Shown in pieces: positions 1-11,451 of a stretch of 64,000 nucleotides of DNA (position 1 is the stretch's first letter; the number at the start of each line of letters is the position of its first letter). The position numbers and the translations under genes were made by a program. A model generated the notes under the pieces. That model was not told where the DNA came from, ran no database searches, and saw only the letters and a list, made by a program, of their open reading frames with translations. The stretch is from an uncultured Bacillota bacterium (GTDB taxonomy: Bacteria > Bacillota > Clostridia > Christensenellales > UBA1242). Where the stretch lies: positions 1,236 through 65,235 of the forward strand of contig URWY01000003.1 of assembly GCA_900551705.1 (NCBI GenBank), written 5' to 3'.

Positions 1-1
1 A

Positions 2-775
2 TTATTAAAAAAATATAAAAATAATATTAAAAATAATTTAAAAATTGCAAAAAAAATAGGTTTTAATAATATTTCAACCGATTTAATTTTAGGTTTACCA
101 TTTAATAATGATAAATATTTGAAAAAAGATTTAAAATTTTTAACAAAATACTGCAATCACATTTCAACATATATGCTTATGGTTGAAAAGGGAACAAAAC
201 TTGCGTCGTTCGATTTGAATATAGATGAAATTGATGAAAATTCAGCAAGACAATATGAACTTGTTTGTAAATATTTGAAACACAAAAATTTTGAGAAATA
301 TGAAATTTCAAACTTTGCAAAAGTGGGCACTTATTCAAGACACAACTTGAATTATTGGAATAGGGGAAACTATTTAGGTTTTGGTTTGAGCGCGCATTCT
401 TTTGTGTCGCCATATAGATTTGCTAATACAAATGATTTGCAAAAATATATTTCCTATTACAAAAATTTAACATCAGACACTAGGCGTAAAAAGGAAGATG
501 AAATTGTTGATCTTTCTAAAAAAAACGATATTGTGAGCGTAGAAATATTAACTGCAAAAGAAATGGCGGAAGAAAAAATTATGCTTGGCTTGCGCTGCAA
601 ACTTGGGCTTGATTTGGACGAATTTAAAACTGAGTTTTTTGATATAAAAAAGAAAAAGTCAAATGAAATAAATTTACTTTTGAAACAAGATTTGATTTAT
701 TTTGATAACAACATTTTGCGTTTAACCGACAAAGGTTTTCTCGTTGCAAATCAGGTGATTTTAAAGTTAATGTAA
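2..775 (+). CDS. hemW: HemW-type radical-SAM heme chaperone / coproporphyrinogen-III-oxidase-like protein, C-terminal part (5' end outside window)
   Basis: The frame of ORF 119..775 stays open back to nt 2 (..GFNNISTDLILGLPFNND..). C-terminal HemN_C-like motifs are present: YEISNFAK, HNLNYW, YLGFGLSAHS. Confidence 0.7.
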   Translation, partial: LLKKYKNNIKNNLKIAKKIGFNNISTDLILGLPFNNDKYLKKDLKFLTKYCNHISTYMLMVEKGTKLASFDLNIDEIDENSARQYELVCKYLKHKNFEKYEISNFAKVGTYSRHNLNYWNRGNYLGFGLSAHSFVSPYRFANTNDLQKYISYYKNLTSDTRRKKEDEIVDLSKKNDIVSVEILTAKEMAEEKIMLGLRCKLGLDLDEFKTEFFDIKKKKSNEINLLLKQDLIYFDNNILRLTDKGFLVANQVILKLM

Positions 776-858
776 TTCGACAAAAAGTATAATTTTTGCC
801 TATTGATTTTTTTCTTGATTGTGATATAATATGCACGAAATTAATTTAGGAGTATGAA

Positions 859-1293
859 ATGAAACATGTTGTTTTTGCACGCGAATTGTTTTATAAAATT
901 GTTAAAGAAGATAGCATACAATTAAGGTTTTGTGTTGCTTATGGCGGAAATTGTTGGGACATTCTTAACCATCAAGCGATTTATTACACCGACAAAATGC
1001 CAATCACGCGAGTTTGGAAGGATAATGAAAATGGCGGCTATGTTTTAAATTTACCACCAGAATTAGAAGAAATTGACTATGATTTATTGCCAAAATTGAT
1101 TGATGAAAAGTCGTTTAATAATTATAAACTTGATGTGAGCGAGTTGGCTGACTTTGAAAAAAGATACAATAAAAAGTTGAGTGAAAAAAGTAAAAAATTG
1201 TTACCAAGCAAAGTGGAAGCGCTTATCGCACAAGTTGAACTTATTTCTAAACCTAACGCAAAAGCAAACATTCCAGCGGAATTGGAAAAATAA
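859..1293 (+). CDS. Hypothetical protein (144 aa), no recognisable motif
   Basis: ATG preceded by AGGAG (taggagtatgaaATG). Followed by an intrinsic terminator at 1314-1342. Confidence 0.5.
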   Translation: MKHVVFARELFYKIVKEDSIQLRFCVAYGGNCWDILNHQAIYYTDKMPITRVWKDNENGGYVLNLPPELEEIDYDLLPKLIDEKSFNNYKLDVSELADFEKRYNKKLSEKSKKLLPSKVEALIAQVELISKPNAKANIPAELEK

Positions 1294-1313
1294 ATATAAA
1301 AACATAAATTTGA

Positions 1314-1342
1314 CAACCTATTTCAAAAATAGGTTGTTTTTT
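1314..1342 (+). terminator. Rho-independent terminator after ORF 859..1293
   Basis: Stem acaaccta / taggttgt followed by a T-run. Confidence 0.7.
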
Positions 1343-1347
1343 GTAAT

Positions 1348-1374
1348 AGAAAACCCCCAGATAGTCTGGGGGTT
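1348..1374 (-). terminator. Rho-independent terminator of glyQS
   Basis: GC-rich stem aacccccag / ctgggggtt. On the minus strand it is followed by ttttc. Confidence 0.65.
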
Positions 1375-1442
1375 CAATTTAGGTTTACCGATGAACAAAT
1401 ATTTCTCCTTTGTGTTAGTATTTAGATTGTAACATTATTGTG

Positions 1443-2813
1443 TTATTTTATAATTTTTTCAATGTAAGATTTGAGTTCGCTGATTGGCATTCTTACTTGT
1501 TCCATTGTATCTCTATCACGGACAGTTACTGTGTTATCTTCCAATGTGTCAAAATCAACTGTAACGCAAAGAGGTGTTCCAATTTGGTCTTGACGGCGAT
1601 ATCTCTTTCCGATTGTTCCTGTTTCATCATAAGTTACACGGAATTCTTTTGCGAGTTCTCTGAACAATTCGTGTGCTTTTTCTGAAAGGTCACGCTTAAT
1701 CAAAGGCAAAATTGCAACTTTGAATGGGGCAATCTTTGGTGAAAGGTGCATAATTTCACGAACTTCACCATCTGGCAATGTTTCAACATCATAGGCGTTG
1801 CAAATTACTGCTAAAATCGCTCTATCAAGTCCATAAGAATTTTCAATAACATTTGGAATAAATTTTTCGTTTGTTACTGGGTCAAGATATTCCATATTTT
1901 TGCCGCTGTATTCTTGGTGTTTTGTTAAATCGTAGTTTGTTCTATTATGAATTCCGTTAACTTCGTCCCAGCCGAATGGGAATTGATAGTAAACATCGCA
2001 GGCTGCTTTTGCATAAAATGCGAGTTTATCATGGTCGTGGAATTTTAACTTTTCTGCTGGTATTCCGAGAGAGATGAAGAATTCTTTTGAAGCGTTTTTA
2101 AATTCTTCATAATATTTTTCATCATCGCCAGCGTGGCAGAAGAATTGATATTCCATTTGTTCAAATTCAATTTGTCTGAATGTGAAATTTCCTGGGGTGA
2201 TTTCATTTCTAAATGCTTTACCGATTTGACCGATTCCGAAAGGAACTTTTGCACGCATTGAGCGTTGAACATTTAAAAAGTTTACATATTCGCCTTGTGC
2301 TGTTTCAGGGCGGAGATAAATATCAAGAGCGTTATCGCTTGTTACACCTCTTTGTGTTTTGAAAAGCAAGTTAAATTGTCTGATAGGTGTGAAGTTGCTT
2401 TTGCCGCAAACAGGGCATGGAACATGATGTTCTTGAACATAAGAACTCATTTCTTCTTTTGTCATCAAATCTGGGTTAACTTCGCCTTTTGAGTAGTTTG
2501 AAATCAAGTTATCCGCTCTAAAACGGGCTTTACATTCTTTGCAGTCCATAAGAGGGTCTGAAAAACTTGCGACATGTCCAGAAGCTTCCCAAACTCTTGG
2601 ATTCATTAAAATTGCGCAGTCTACGCCATAAGAATTTTCTCTTTCTTGAACAAATTTTTGCCACCAAACTTTTTTGACATTATTTTTTAATTCAACGCCT
2701 AAAGGGCCATAGTCCCAAGTGTTTGCAAGACCGCCGTAGATGTCGCTTCCTGGGAAAATAAAGCCTACATTTTTGCAATGAGCGACTATTTTATCCATTT
2801 CTATATTTGCCAT
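1443..2813 (-). CDS. glyQS: Glycine--tRNA ligase (alpha2 class II type)
   Basis: 456-aa ORF. N-terminus reads GFIFPGSDIYGGLANTWDYGPLG; class II motifs FRNEITPGNFTFRQIEFEQME and GLDRAILAV are present. Confidence 0.9.
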   Translation of the reverse strand: MANIEMDKIVAHCKNVGFIFPGSDIYGGLANTWDYGPLGVELKNNVKKVWWQKFVQERENSYGVDCAILMNPRVWEASGHVASFSDPLMDCKECKARFRADNLISNYSKGEVNPDLMTKEEMSSYVQEHHVPCPVCGKSNFTPIRQFNLLFKTQRGVTSDNALDIYLRPETAQGEYVNFLNVQRSMRAKVPFGIGQIGKAFRNEITPGNFTFRQIEFEQMEYQFFCHAGDDEKYYEEFKNASKEFFISLGIPAEKLKFHDHDKLAFYAKAACDVYYQFPFGWDEVNGIHNRTNYDLTKHQEYSGKNMEYLDPVTNEKFIPNVIENSYGLDRAILAVICNAYDVETLPDGEVREIMHLSPKIAPFKVAILPLIKRDLSEKAHELFRELAKEFRVTYDETGTIGKRYRRQDQIGTPLCVTVDFDTLEDNTVTVRDRDTMEQVRMPISELKSYIEKIIK

Positions 2814-2893
2814 ACTATTCTCCTTAAATTATGCCTTGTATTATATCACAAAAAAAGAATAAATCAACCGAAATTTATTCTTTTTTGAAATTT

Positions 2894-4309
2894 TTATTGT
2901 CTTGTTGAAACATTGATAAATTTTTCGAGTTCGCCAATAATTTTTTCGCAATTTTTTAAGTTTTCTTGTTCTGCAAAAATTCTGACGACATTTTCTGTTC
3001 CTGAAAATCTGATTGTAGCCCAATAGTCGTTATCAAAAAGCATTTTATATTCGTTTTCACCAACAACTTTGACTATTTTTTTAGATAATTTAGGCAATTT
3101 TTTGTCCACGAACAGCATTTTTGAGATGTCTGATTTTTGCTTTGCGGTGATAGGGTAGGCGTATTCGATAACTTCGGATTTGAATTTTGTTAGCGTTTGG
3201 ATTTCCTTCAAAAGGTCGTCAATAGTTTTGCCACTTTCAGCCATCAAACCGACAAGCAAAGCGGTGACAACAAGACCGTCTTTTGACAAGATATGTTTTT
3301 TAAATGCAACGCCATTTGATTCTCCGCCCAAGAAAGCGTCTGTTTGCTCGAAAAGTTTGCCGATATTTTTAAATCCGACTTTTGCTTCGTAGCAATTATC
3401 GCCAAAATAGTTAGCGAGTTTGACTGACAAGTTTGACAGGGCAGAGTTTTTAATAATTCCGCCTTTATAGCCTTTATATTTTGCGAAATAGTAGTATAAA
3501 ATTGGCAAAACAAAGTTGCAATCCATCACTTTTCCGTGGCTATCAATGATAGAAATTCGGTCGCCATCGCCGTCCAAAGCGACTCCGAAATCAAATTTTT
3601 CTTTTTTGAGTTTTTTAACTTGGTCGTCTAGATTTTTTTTGTAAGGAGCAGGCAAAATACCTCTAAAATATGGGTCTTTTTCTGTGTTCATACCTTCATA
3701 ATTTTTAACACCCATTTTTTTGAACAAATATTCTAGACATTCAGTGGAATTGCCGTTCATAGCGTTATATAAAATTTTGAAATTGCATTTTTTTGTGGCT
3801 TTCAAATCGACATATTTTAAAATATTTTCGCAAAAATCTGAGATGTCGCTAATCATTTCAATTTTGCCTTTATTTTTTAACATTTCAAGGTCTTTATTTT
3901 CTATGCAAATATCGGCATTTGCCCATTTTTCAATTTGTGAGCAAAATTCGTCGTCAACTTCCTTTGCTGGCTTTTTAAAAATCTTTATTCCGTTATAAAA
4001 ATAAGGGTTATGGCTTGCTGTTATCATAACTCCAAGGTCAGCAATTTTGGTCATGTATGAAATCACAGGGGAAGGAACTGAATGGTCATACAAATAAACT
4101 TTAACGCCAAAAGTTGCGAGTGTTTGTGACACCCAATTTGCGTAAAAATCGCTCATAAATCTGTGGTCATATCCCACTACAACGCTTGGTTTTTTGATTT
4201 TTTCTTCTTCAAAATATTTGCTTAACGCGTAGGCAATTTTTTGAACATTTTCTTTTGTGAAATTGTCTCCCATAACGCCGCGAAAGCCGCTTGTTCCAAA
4301 CTTAATCAT
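2894..4309 (-). CDS. Phosphoglucomutase/phosphomannomutase-family phosphohexomutase
   Basis: Active-site loop TASHNPYFYNGIK, metal loop ALDGDGDR, sugar loop GGESNG. Confidence 0.8.
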   Translation of the reverse strand: MIKFGTSGFRGVMGDNFTKENVQKIAYALSKYFEEEKIKKPSVVVGYDHRFMSDFYANWVSQTLATFGVKVYLYDHSVPSPVISYMTKIADLGVMITASHNPYFYNGIKIFKKPAKEVDDEFCSQIEKWANADICIENKDLEMLKNKGKIEMISDISDFCENILKYVDLKATKKCNFKILYNAMNGNSTECLEYLFKKMGVKNYEGMNTEKDPYFRGILPAPYKKNLDDQVKKLKKEKFDFGVALDGDGDRISIIDSHGKVMDCNFVLPILYYYFAKYKGYKGGIIKNSALSNLSVKLANYFGDNCYEAKVGFKNIGKLFEQTDAFLGGESNGVAFKKHILSKDGLVVTALLVGLMAESGKTIDDLLKEIQTLTKFKSEVIEYAYPITAKQKSDISKMLFVDKKLPKLSKKIVKVVGENEYKMLFDNDYWATIRFSGTENVVRIFAEQENLKNCEKIIGELEKFINVSTRQ

Positions 4310-4401
4310 AAAAAAACTTCCTTTTTTCAGTTAGTATATTATTTTTTTTGAAATTTTCCAAATTTTTATGGACAAATTGTATAAAATAAATTTTGAAAAA
4401 T

Positions 4402-4443
4402 ATATGCAAAAAGTTTGACTTTTTTAAAGTTGCATATTAATAT
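4402..4443 (+). promoter_or_regulatory. Promoter of the giant surface-protein gene (TTGACT-17-TAATAT), bracketed by the inverted half-sites ATATGCAA / TTGCATAT
   Basis: -35 at 4415-4420 and -10 at 4438-4443. The 8-bp inverted arms lie at 4402-4409 and 4430-4437. Confidence 0.5.
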
Positions 4444-4474
4444 ATATAAACGAAAGTTATAAATAGGGGAAATT

Positions 4475-7400
4475 TTGAAAACATTAAAAAATAAAAATAT
4501 CGTAAGATTGCTTATTTTGATTTCGCTAATTGTTGTGGTTGGCATTTCTTTTATTGTCACAACTGCTGTTTATAAAGGAACTCACACGGGAAGTGGTTCT
4601 CTCGTTTTGGATAAAGGTATTTATATCGACATTTCTGATGTTAGTTCGGGCGAACTTTCAAAAAATATGGAAATGCCAATTCAATACTATCCAAACAAGG
4701 TTACAAGCGAAGGAAACAGAACTCAGTTTTCTGTTACACCTTCAAGCGAATCTGAATATTACATAGCAAATCCAACAATCACGGCGCAAGATAGTTCACA
4801 GGCGTTTTATTTGAGATTGAAATTAAATGCTCAATATTATGTAAACGGAAGTTCAACTCCAACAACTTTTTCAATGAGCGCAAGTGAAAGGAACACTTTG
4901 TTCCAGTTATTCGCAACTGATTCTAACTATTCACCAGTCTTGTTTAACGATTGCTTTGCAGCAGACGCTAATGGCGAGTATTATTATTATATCAGCGGTG
5001 GATATGGCGTTGCAACTAAAAATAATTTGGCACAAGTAACAAGCGGAATGGAAATAAGTTTGTTCAAAGGCTTTTTAGCAAATGGAACAACACCAGTTTC
5101 TGTAATCAATTTTAGAGAATTTGAAAATGTTCCTGAAAATGTAACAAATATAACTTTAAGTTTGGACATTGAACTTGCTATTGAACCTAATAACTGGAAT
5201 TTACCAGATGTTACACTTTTAACTGAAAATGATGTAACTGTTAGTTTGGTTGATAACGAATATGAAATCACCGCAATCAATACATCTGCAACAACTTATG
5301 CTCTTCCAGGTTATTATCAAGGAAATGCAATTACTCGCATTGGTACAACTTCACCATCAGCACTAGATGATGATGCTATTACAGTTTGGTTTGCAAACAC
5401 AATGACACATGTTGGAGGGTATTCATCTGTAAGCACTTTGCAAAGAATCTATCTTGGTAACAATGTAACAGAAATTTGTGAATGGGCATTCTATGGTTGT
5501 AACAATTTATCTGGCAATTTAATTTTGCCAATATCAATAACTAAAATTAATAATGACGCATTTGCAAATTTGGATAGTATTGATAGTTTATTCCCATATT
5601 TACCAAATTGTGTATATTTTGGAGCGGGTTCATTTAAAGGAAGTTCTGGATTTAATGGAATTTTATCAGTAACTGGTGAAATTAGCGGCGATACTGTGTT
5701 TTCTATGGTTGGAGTCAAAAAAATAAACATTAAATCAGGAACAACTTCATTAGGTGGTGGTAGCACTTTTGATAATATGACAAACCTGAAAGAAATATAT
5801 ATTGATTCAAGTGCAGTTGCTGGTCTTGCAAGTTCAGAATCTGGATTGTTAGAAAATGAAAATTTAACCGATGTTTATATTAAAAACGATTTAACTATTG
5901 GTGCGTATTTTACAAGCCATAGCAATTTTGTTGAAACTGAGTCAAATGTTGCTAGATATAGACATTTCGGTAGATCATATCAACTAACATTCAATGGTGG
6001 CAATATTGATGGCACTTTGGGCGCAAAATTATGGAATTACGCTGGAAGTGCAGGTTATTCAAGTTCAAATGCAGGAAATAATGGCAAATATTCATTCAGC
6101 GGCAAGAATGCGACCACAAAAATAGGCATCAATGGTGTTAATACTTTCTATTTACCAATGCCAATCATCAGTGGCTATACTTTTGACGGCTGGTATACAA
6201 CCGCTGACGGTGTTGGTGGGGCAAAAGTTGCAACAGCTGACGGCTGGATCGCGAATGTAAGCGGATATACAAGCGAAAACGGCTCTTGGATAAGAGCAAG
6301 CGCAACAACTTTGTATGCTCATTATACGAAGAAAGAATACTCAATCAGTTATGATTTTGCTGGTGGATCAAAAGGAACAAATGCCCCAACAAGTTACATT
6401 TTTGGAAACACAACAGCAATTTCAAATCCAACTAGGAAAGGATACCTTTTTACAGGTTGGAATATTTCTGTAAGTTTAACTGGAAGGTCATTAGCAACAA
6501 TCGAAATAAATAGCGGTGTTCAACAATATAGTTCAAGTTATCCAACTGCTGTATATTACGAATTGTTCTATGCTCATAAAGACATATCATATACCGCAGC
6601 ACTATCTGGCAATCAAATTAGATGGAGAACATACACAACAGCAGGTGCTTTTGGTGGTAATGTATCAACATCATCACAATACGCTCCAACAGATAATATG
6701 TATGTCGCATTGTGGTATCATTTAGGTAAAGAAGATAATAATACTATTTATACATATAATTATATAGGTGATAATTTATCAATCGACTCACTTCAAGTTG
6801 GTAATTTAACTTTAACTGCAAAATGGAAGCCAATTACATATACAATTCAATATAATGGAAATGGAAATACAAGCGGTTCAACTGCAAGTTCAAGCCATAC
6901 TTATGATGTGGCTAAAAACTTAACTGCAAACGGCTTTAAGAAAACAGGATATACTTTTAATGGGTGGAATACAAAAGCAGATGGATCTGGCACATCTTAT
7001 GGCAATGCAGCAAGCGTGACAAACTTAACAGCAACAAATGGTGCAAAAATTACGCTTTACGCTCAGTGGAGAGTGAATGTTCTAACTATAAGATACCACC
7101 TAAATGGGGGCACTTCTGTTTCAGGCAATAGTTACTTCAGTTCGGGAAATCCATGTAAAACAGAAAATTGGGGTTATACATCTTCTAGCCAATATGGACT
7201 AACAAATTACGACGATACAAAAAGAGTTACTAGAACTGGATACTTAGCAAACACATATTATAATACAAAAGCAAATGGTTCTGGAAATAACCTTGATCAT
7301 GATTCTTTAACAACAACAAAACAAATTGCAACAGCCGCTGGAGTTCTAACGAACCTTGAAAATGGCGATACAACAATTGATATTTACATGATTTGGACGC

Positions 7401-10132
7401 CAATAACATATACAATTAAATATGATGGAAATGGAAATACAAGCGGATCAACTGCAAATTCATCACATACTTATGACCAAGCAAGAGCTTTAACAGCAAA
7501 TGGCTTTGCAAAGACAGGCTATACTTTTGCAGGTTGGGCAACAAGTAAAACAGGTGAAGTTATTTATAGTGACCAAGAAAGTGTAATAAATCTCAGTTCA
7601 ACACAAAATGACACAATTACTCTATACGCTAAATGGACTCCAAACGAATACACAGTTACTTTTAATGCAAATGGTGGAACAACTTCAACTGCAAGTAAGA
7701 AAGTAACTTATGATTCAACATACGGAACTCTTCCAACTCCATCTGCTTATTCAAAAACTGGTTACATAGTAACATTTAATGGTTGGTATACAGCAAAAAC
7801 TGGTGGAACTCATGTTACTGCATCAACAACGGTTAAAATTACAGGAAATCAAACTTTGTATGCACATTGGATAGAAACGCCTATTACTTATACCATTGTA
7901 TATAACGGTAATGGTTATACAAATGGTTCAACTGCAAGTTCAACTCATACATATAATTCTGCAAAGACTTTAACTGCAAATGGATTTGGTAAAACAGGTT
8001 ATACTTTCATTGGTTGGGCAACTTCTGCAACAGGGGCGGTTGTTTATAGTAACCAACAAAGTGTAACTAACCTTAGTTCAACAAATGGCGCAACAATAAC
8101 ACTTTACGCTAAGTGGCAAGCTAAACAATTTACAGTTTCGTTTAACCCAAGTGAAAAAGGTGGATTATTAACTGATGTTGCAAATGGAACTTATTCAGGA
8201 AATAACGCAACAATTACATACACAAGTTCTAGCCATCAATATAAATTTGTAAATTCTTCAACGAATGATCCATATGTTACAATAGCATCAACAGTCTATC
8301 TGGTTGCAGGAAAGACATATACAATTCACGCGAAGATGCGTAATACAAGTGGCTCAGTAATCTCGGGAAGTATCCAAATCTTCTATGGAATTAATAAAAA
8401 TTATAGTGAAGCAAATAGTAGAAGGCTTTCTGGTGCTGGAAGCAGTACGACATTCACTGTTTCAACAACTGGAGTATATAATATAAGAATTGATAATGAT
8501 TTCGGAAAAGATATTGTTATTCATGAGTTCTATATTATAGAAGGTGACTTCACAATATCAAAAACAATAACTTACGATTCTACTTATGGCGAGCTACCAA
8601 CTCCATTAAGAGAAGGTTATACTTTTGATGGCTGGTATACTTTATCATCAGGTGGAAGCAAAATAACATCATCAACAAAAGTTACTTATACAAATGACCA
8701 TACTTTATTTGCTCATTGGGTAGAAAATAGTAGCGCATACTTAATGACAGGTTCAAATTGGCAAGCAAAATTAAAAGAGGCAAATTCAAATTATACGCAA
8801 GCAAATATTGAATCAATTGAATTTACAAACACTAAACCAACTAGCGGAACAAGAGTCTCGGTCGGTGCAATAAATGCTGATGGAACATCTGCTTATGTTT
8901 CAGGAACTAGAAACACATCTGATGTTATCGCTTATGTTACAGCAGGTTCAACATCTGGTAAGTATAAAGTTGTATTCTATAGCAACGCAACAATTTATGC
9001 TCCAAAAGATTCAGGTTATTTATTCAGTAGTTCATCTAATTCAAAATTAACAAGTTTGACTTCAATTAAATTTGATAATTTTAGTACAATAAATGTAACT
9101 ACAATGCGTAGTATGTTTATGGGTTGTTCTGCATTGACCAGCATAAATTTAACAAATTTTAATACCTCAAATGTCACATTAATGTGGTCAATGTTTGAAG
9201 GGTGTTCTAAATTAAGTAGTTTGGATTTGAGAAGTTTTAACACAGCAAAAGTAACAGATATGGATAGCATGTTCAAAAATTGCTCTAATTTGAGTAGTAT
9301 TTACACTTCTTCATTTATTACAACAAATGTTAAATATATGACTGATATGTTTGCAGGTTGTATTTTAACTTCACTTGATTTAAGCAATTTTGATATGTCA
9401 AATGTTACCAATGTATCTGGGATGTTGAGTTTATCGACAAATCAATTTAACTTTTATACTTTAATTACACCAAAGAAAATGGCAGGTGCAATTGGGTTAC
9501 CATTCCATTTCTGTAAGGCAAGTGATTATTCTGGTGATTATGCATCAATTCCAACATCATTAACTTCAACAAAATTATTACCAAAATATGTTCAAGTTTA
9601 TAGGTATGATGAAGGAACTTGGGAAAAATGTTCACTTTCAACAAGTATAAGTGGGTTTAATCATGGAGATACAATTCAAGTTGCTCGTGGAACTTATATT
9701 GACATTTATTTAAATGCAAAAGGATACGCATTGGAACGCTCATGGGTTAGAGCAGTATTCTATGGATTATTATCTAAACCATCTTTAGTTTCTGGACCTA
9801 GTGGCGCTTATGCGTCATGGCGTTTTAAAGATGGAGACAATAACAATGTTAATAGTCTTATTGCAAATGAAGATTTATCTTTAGGCATAATTGATGAAAG
9901 AACAAATGTTGAAGAAATTGAGCTAGGCGATAGTTCAATGTTTGATATTAATAAAGAAGACGAGATAACGCCAACTTGGGCTACTGCTACTGGAAGATAT
10001 TATTGCTTATTGGAATGTCAACAGACTGTTGCAATGAAATGTAATGCTACAATAAGAATTAGAGCAGAAAGCAACTTTACATCAATTTATGGATTAGGTG
10101 GTAAAGGAAGTCCACTTAGATTACCTTGGTAA
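4475..10132 (+). CDS. Giant mosaic cell-surface protein (1885 aa): signal anchor, BspA/LRR_5-type leucine-rich repeats, about 8 Listeria-Bacteroides (flg_new) repeats, a jelly-roll-like insert, and DUF285-type 26-residue repeats
   Basis: TTG start after AGGGGA. N-terminal hydrophobic helix. Recurrent ..GY.F.GW..(T)LYA.W units. [17 protein letters not shown] repeats near the C-terminus. Confidence 0.85.
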   Translation: MKTLKNKNIVRLLILISLIVVVGISFIVTTAVYKGTHTGSGSLVLDKGIYIDISDVSSGELSKNMEMPIQYYPNKVTSEGNRTQFSVTPSSESEYYIANPTITAQDSSQAFYLRLKLNAQYYVNGSSTPTTFSMSASERNTLFQLFATDSNYSPVLFNDCFAADANGEYYYYISGGYGVATKNNLAQVTSGMEISLFKGFLANGTTPVSVINFREFENVPENVTNITLSLDIELAIEPNNWNLPDVTLLTENDVTVSLVDNEYEITAINTSATTYALPGYYQGNAITRIGTTSPSALDDDAITVWFANTMTHVGGYSSVSTLQRIYLGNNVTEICEWAFYGCNNLSGNLILPISITKINNDAFANLDSIDSLFPYLPNCVYFGAGSFKGSSGFNGILSVTGEISGDTVFSMVGVKKINIKSGTTSLGGGSTFDNMTNLKEIYIDSSAVAGLASSESGLLENENLTDVYIKNDLTIGAYFTSHSNFVETESNVARYRHFGRSYQLTFNGGNIDGTLGAKLWNYAGSAGYSSSNAGNNGKYSFSGKNATTKIGINGVNTFYLPMPIISGYTFDGWYTTADGVGGAKVATADGWIANVSGYTSENGSWIRASATTLYAHYTKKEYSISYDFAGGSKGTNAPTSYIFGNTTAISNPTRKGYLFTGWNISVSLTGRSLATIEINSGVQQYSSSYPTAVYYELFYAHKDISYTAALSGNQIRWRTYTTAGAFGGNVSTSSQYAPTDNMYVALWYHLGKEDNNTIYTYNYIGDNLSIDSLQVGNLTLTAKWKPITYTIQYNGNGNTSGSTASSSHTYDVAKNLTANGFKKTGYTFNGWNTKADGSGTSYGNAASVTNLTATNGAKITLYAQWRVNVLTIRYHLNGGTSVSGNSYFSSGNPCKTENWGYTSSSQYGLTNYDDTKRVTRTGYLANTYYNTKANGSGNNLDHDSLTTTKQIATAAGVLTNLENGDTTIDIYMIWTPITYTIKYDGNGNTSGSTANSSHTYDQARALTANGFAKTGYTFAGWATSKTGEVIYSDQESVINLSSTQNDTITLYAKWTPNEYTVTFNANGGTTSTASKKVTYDSTYGTLPTPSAYSKTGYIVTFNGWYTAKTGGTHVTASTTVKITGNQTLYAHWIETPITYTIVYNGNGYTNGSTASSTHTYNSAKTLTANGFGKTGYTFIGWATSATGAVVYSNQQSVTNLSSTNGATITLYAKWQAKQFTVSFNPSEKGGLLTDVANGTYSGNNATITYTSSSHQYKFVNSSTNDPYVTIASTVYLVAGKTYTIHAKMRNTSGSVISGSIQIFYGINKNYSEANSRRLSGAGSSTTFTVSTTGVYNIRIDNDFGKDIVIHEFYIIEGDFTISKTITYDSTYGELPTPLREGYTFDGWYTLSSGGSKITSSTKVTYTNDHTLFAHWVENSSAYLMTGSNWQAKLKEANSNYTQANIESIEFTNTKPTSGTRVSVGAINADGTSAYVSGTRNTSDVIAYVTAGSTSGKYKVVFYSNATIYAPKDSGYLFSSSSNSKLTSLTSIKFDNFSTINVTTMRSMFMGCSALTSINLTNFNTSNVTLMWSMFEGCSKLSSLDLRSFNTAKVTDMDSMFKNCSNLSSIYTSSFITTNVKYMTDMFAGCILTSLDLSNFDMSNVTNVSGMLSLSTNQFNFYTLITPKKMAGAIGLPFHFCKASDYSGDYASIPTSLTSTKLLPKYVQVYRYDEGTWEKCSLSTSISGFNHGDTIQVARGTYIDIYLNAKGYALERSWVRAVFYGLLSKPSLVSGPSGAYASWRFKDGDNNNVNSLIANEDLSLGIIDERTNVEEIELGDSSMFDINKEDEITPTWATATGRYYCLLECQQTVAMKCNATIRIRAESNFTSIYGLGGKGSPLRLPW
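6830..8116 (+). repeat. Three closely related intragenic DNA repeats of about 240 nt (units start at 6830, 7400 and 7880), each encoding PITYTI.Y.GNG.T.GSTA.S.HTY...LTANGF.KTGYTF.GW
   Basis: Direct comparison of the three nucleotide stretches. They lie within the flg_new repeat region of the 1885-aa ORF. Confidence 0.8.
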
Positions 10133-10237
10133 TTGCTAATAAAATAAGAATTGTAATTAAATTTCTGTATTCAGTAAGCGATAGTTTAAGTAGATATGAA
10201 ATAAAGTAATTACTATTTCTAGTAAAGACTAAAAATA

Positions 10238-10267
10238 AAAAGCGAGAGATCGCTTTTTATTTTTTTT
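10238..10267 (+). terminator. Rho-independent terminator after the giant surface-protein gene
   Basis: aaaagcga-gaga-tcgctttt followed by a long T-run. Confidence 0.7.
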
Positions 10268-10341
10268 GTGTGCAATTTTTTGCGTTTTGCTTGATTAATT
10301 TTTGATAATGTTATATCATTGTGGTAACAAGGAGAAAAATT

Positions 10342-11451
10342 TTGCATTTAACACTTTACAGAAAATATAGACCTCAAACTTTTGACGAAGTTATTGGGCA
10401 AGACCATATAACTAAAACACTTTACAATCAAGTTAAAAGCGGAAAAATCGGTCATGCTTATTTGTTTTCGGGCAGTCGCGGAACTGGCAAAACCAGCACT
10501 GCGAGAATTTTTGCGCGTGCAATAAATTGTGAAAGCAAAGAAGGTAGTTTACCTTGCTACAAATGTGCAACTTGCAAAGCTCTCGCTGAACCAACAAATT
10601 TGGACATTGTTGAAATTGATGCTGCATCAAATAACAGGGTTGACGAAATCAGAGAAATAAGAGATAAAATCAAATTTTTACCTACAAATGGAAAGTATAA
10701 AGTTTATATCATTGACGAAGTTCATATGTTAACAGATAGCGCGTTTAATGCACTTTTAAAAACTTTGGAAGAGCCACCTGAGCATGTTGTGTTTATACTT
10801 GGAACAACAGAAATTCATAAACTTCCAGCAACAATTTTATCAAGATGTATGAGATTTGATTTTAAACTTGTTTTAACTGCGGAACTTGCAAGTCATTTAA
10901 AGAACATTTTCCAAAAAGAAAACATCAGTTATGACGATAAAGCCATTGATGTTATTGTCACAGCTGCGGAAGGCAGTGTGAGAGATATGCTTTCGATAGC
11001 CGATAGTATAGTTTCATTTTCAAACGGCAATGTAAGTTATGATAATGCAGTTAAAATTTTAGGAACAAGCGACACACATAAACTTGTTGATTTTGCGGAT
11101 AAAATCATAACAAAAGATGTCGGTGGAGCGTTTGAAGAGATTAATAAAGTTGTTTTATCGGGCAAAAATATATCAGTTTTTGCAAAAGAAACAACAATTC
11201 ATTTTAGAAATTTGCTTGTTGCTAAGACTGCGAAGTCTGCAAAAGAAATTTTGAATATGCCGATTGAAGATTTTGAACTTATCAAAGCTCAAAGCGAAAA
11301 AGAAAGTGCTGAAAATTTGATGTTTTATATGAAAACTTTCAGCGAAATTGAAGCAGAACTCAAATATTCAATGTCACCAAGGACGCTTGTTGAAGTTGCG
11401 ACAGTTAAATCAATTGAAGGTCTTGAAGAGTTAAAAAAAAACGAAATTTGA
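10342..11451 (+). CDS. dnaX: DNA polymerase III subunit gamma/tau, zero-frame product (gamma-like, clamp-loader domains I-III)
   Basis: LYRKYRPQTFDEVIGQ, Walker A GSRGTGKTS, zinc module CYKCATC, DEVHML, SRC motif ATILSRC. The probable start is TTG 10342, after AAGGAG. Confidence 0.9.
   Translation: MHLTLYRKYRPQTFDEVIGQDHITKTLYNQVKSGKIGHAYLFSGSRGTGKTSTARIFARAINCESKEGSLPCYKCATCKALAEPTNLDIVEIDAASNNRVDEIREIRDKIKFLPTNGKYKVYIIDEVHMLTDSAFNALLKTLEEPPEHVVFILGTTEIHKLPATILSRCMRFDFKLVLTAELASHLKNIFQKENISYDDKAIDVIVTAAEGSVRDMLSIADSIVSFSNGNVSYDNAVKILGTSDTHKLVDFADKIITKDVGGAFEEINKVVLSGKNISVFAKETTIHFRNLLVAKTAKSAKEILNMPIEDFELIKAQSEKESAENLMFYMKTFSEIEAELKYSMSPRTLVEVATVKSIEGLEELKKNEI

Noticed and set aside
2814-2893. 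T-box leaders for glyQS (and for argS at about 12700).
   Set aside because: The glyQS upstream gap is only 80 nt. argS starts 2 nt after the recR stop. Neither leaves room for a T-box of about 200 nt.
4530-4766. Alternative-frame ORFs within the giant genes: 4530-4766, 6516-6725 and 16490-16753.
   Set aside because: They are embedded in the long ORFs in other frames, have no Shine-Dalgarno, and show no recognisable motifs.
10133-10320. Expected SRP (4.5S/scRNA) gene upstream of dnaX, as in Bacillus.
   Set aside because: The interval contains only a terminator and promoter-like AT-rich DNA. I could not find the conserved SRP domain IV motifs.
11449-11451. Possible TGA read-through or alternative genetic code at the dnaX stop.
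   Set aside because: The downstream tau-like ORF is in a different (-1) frame, so read-through would not join them. TGA also terminates other well-defined genes here, for example ligA.
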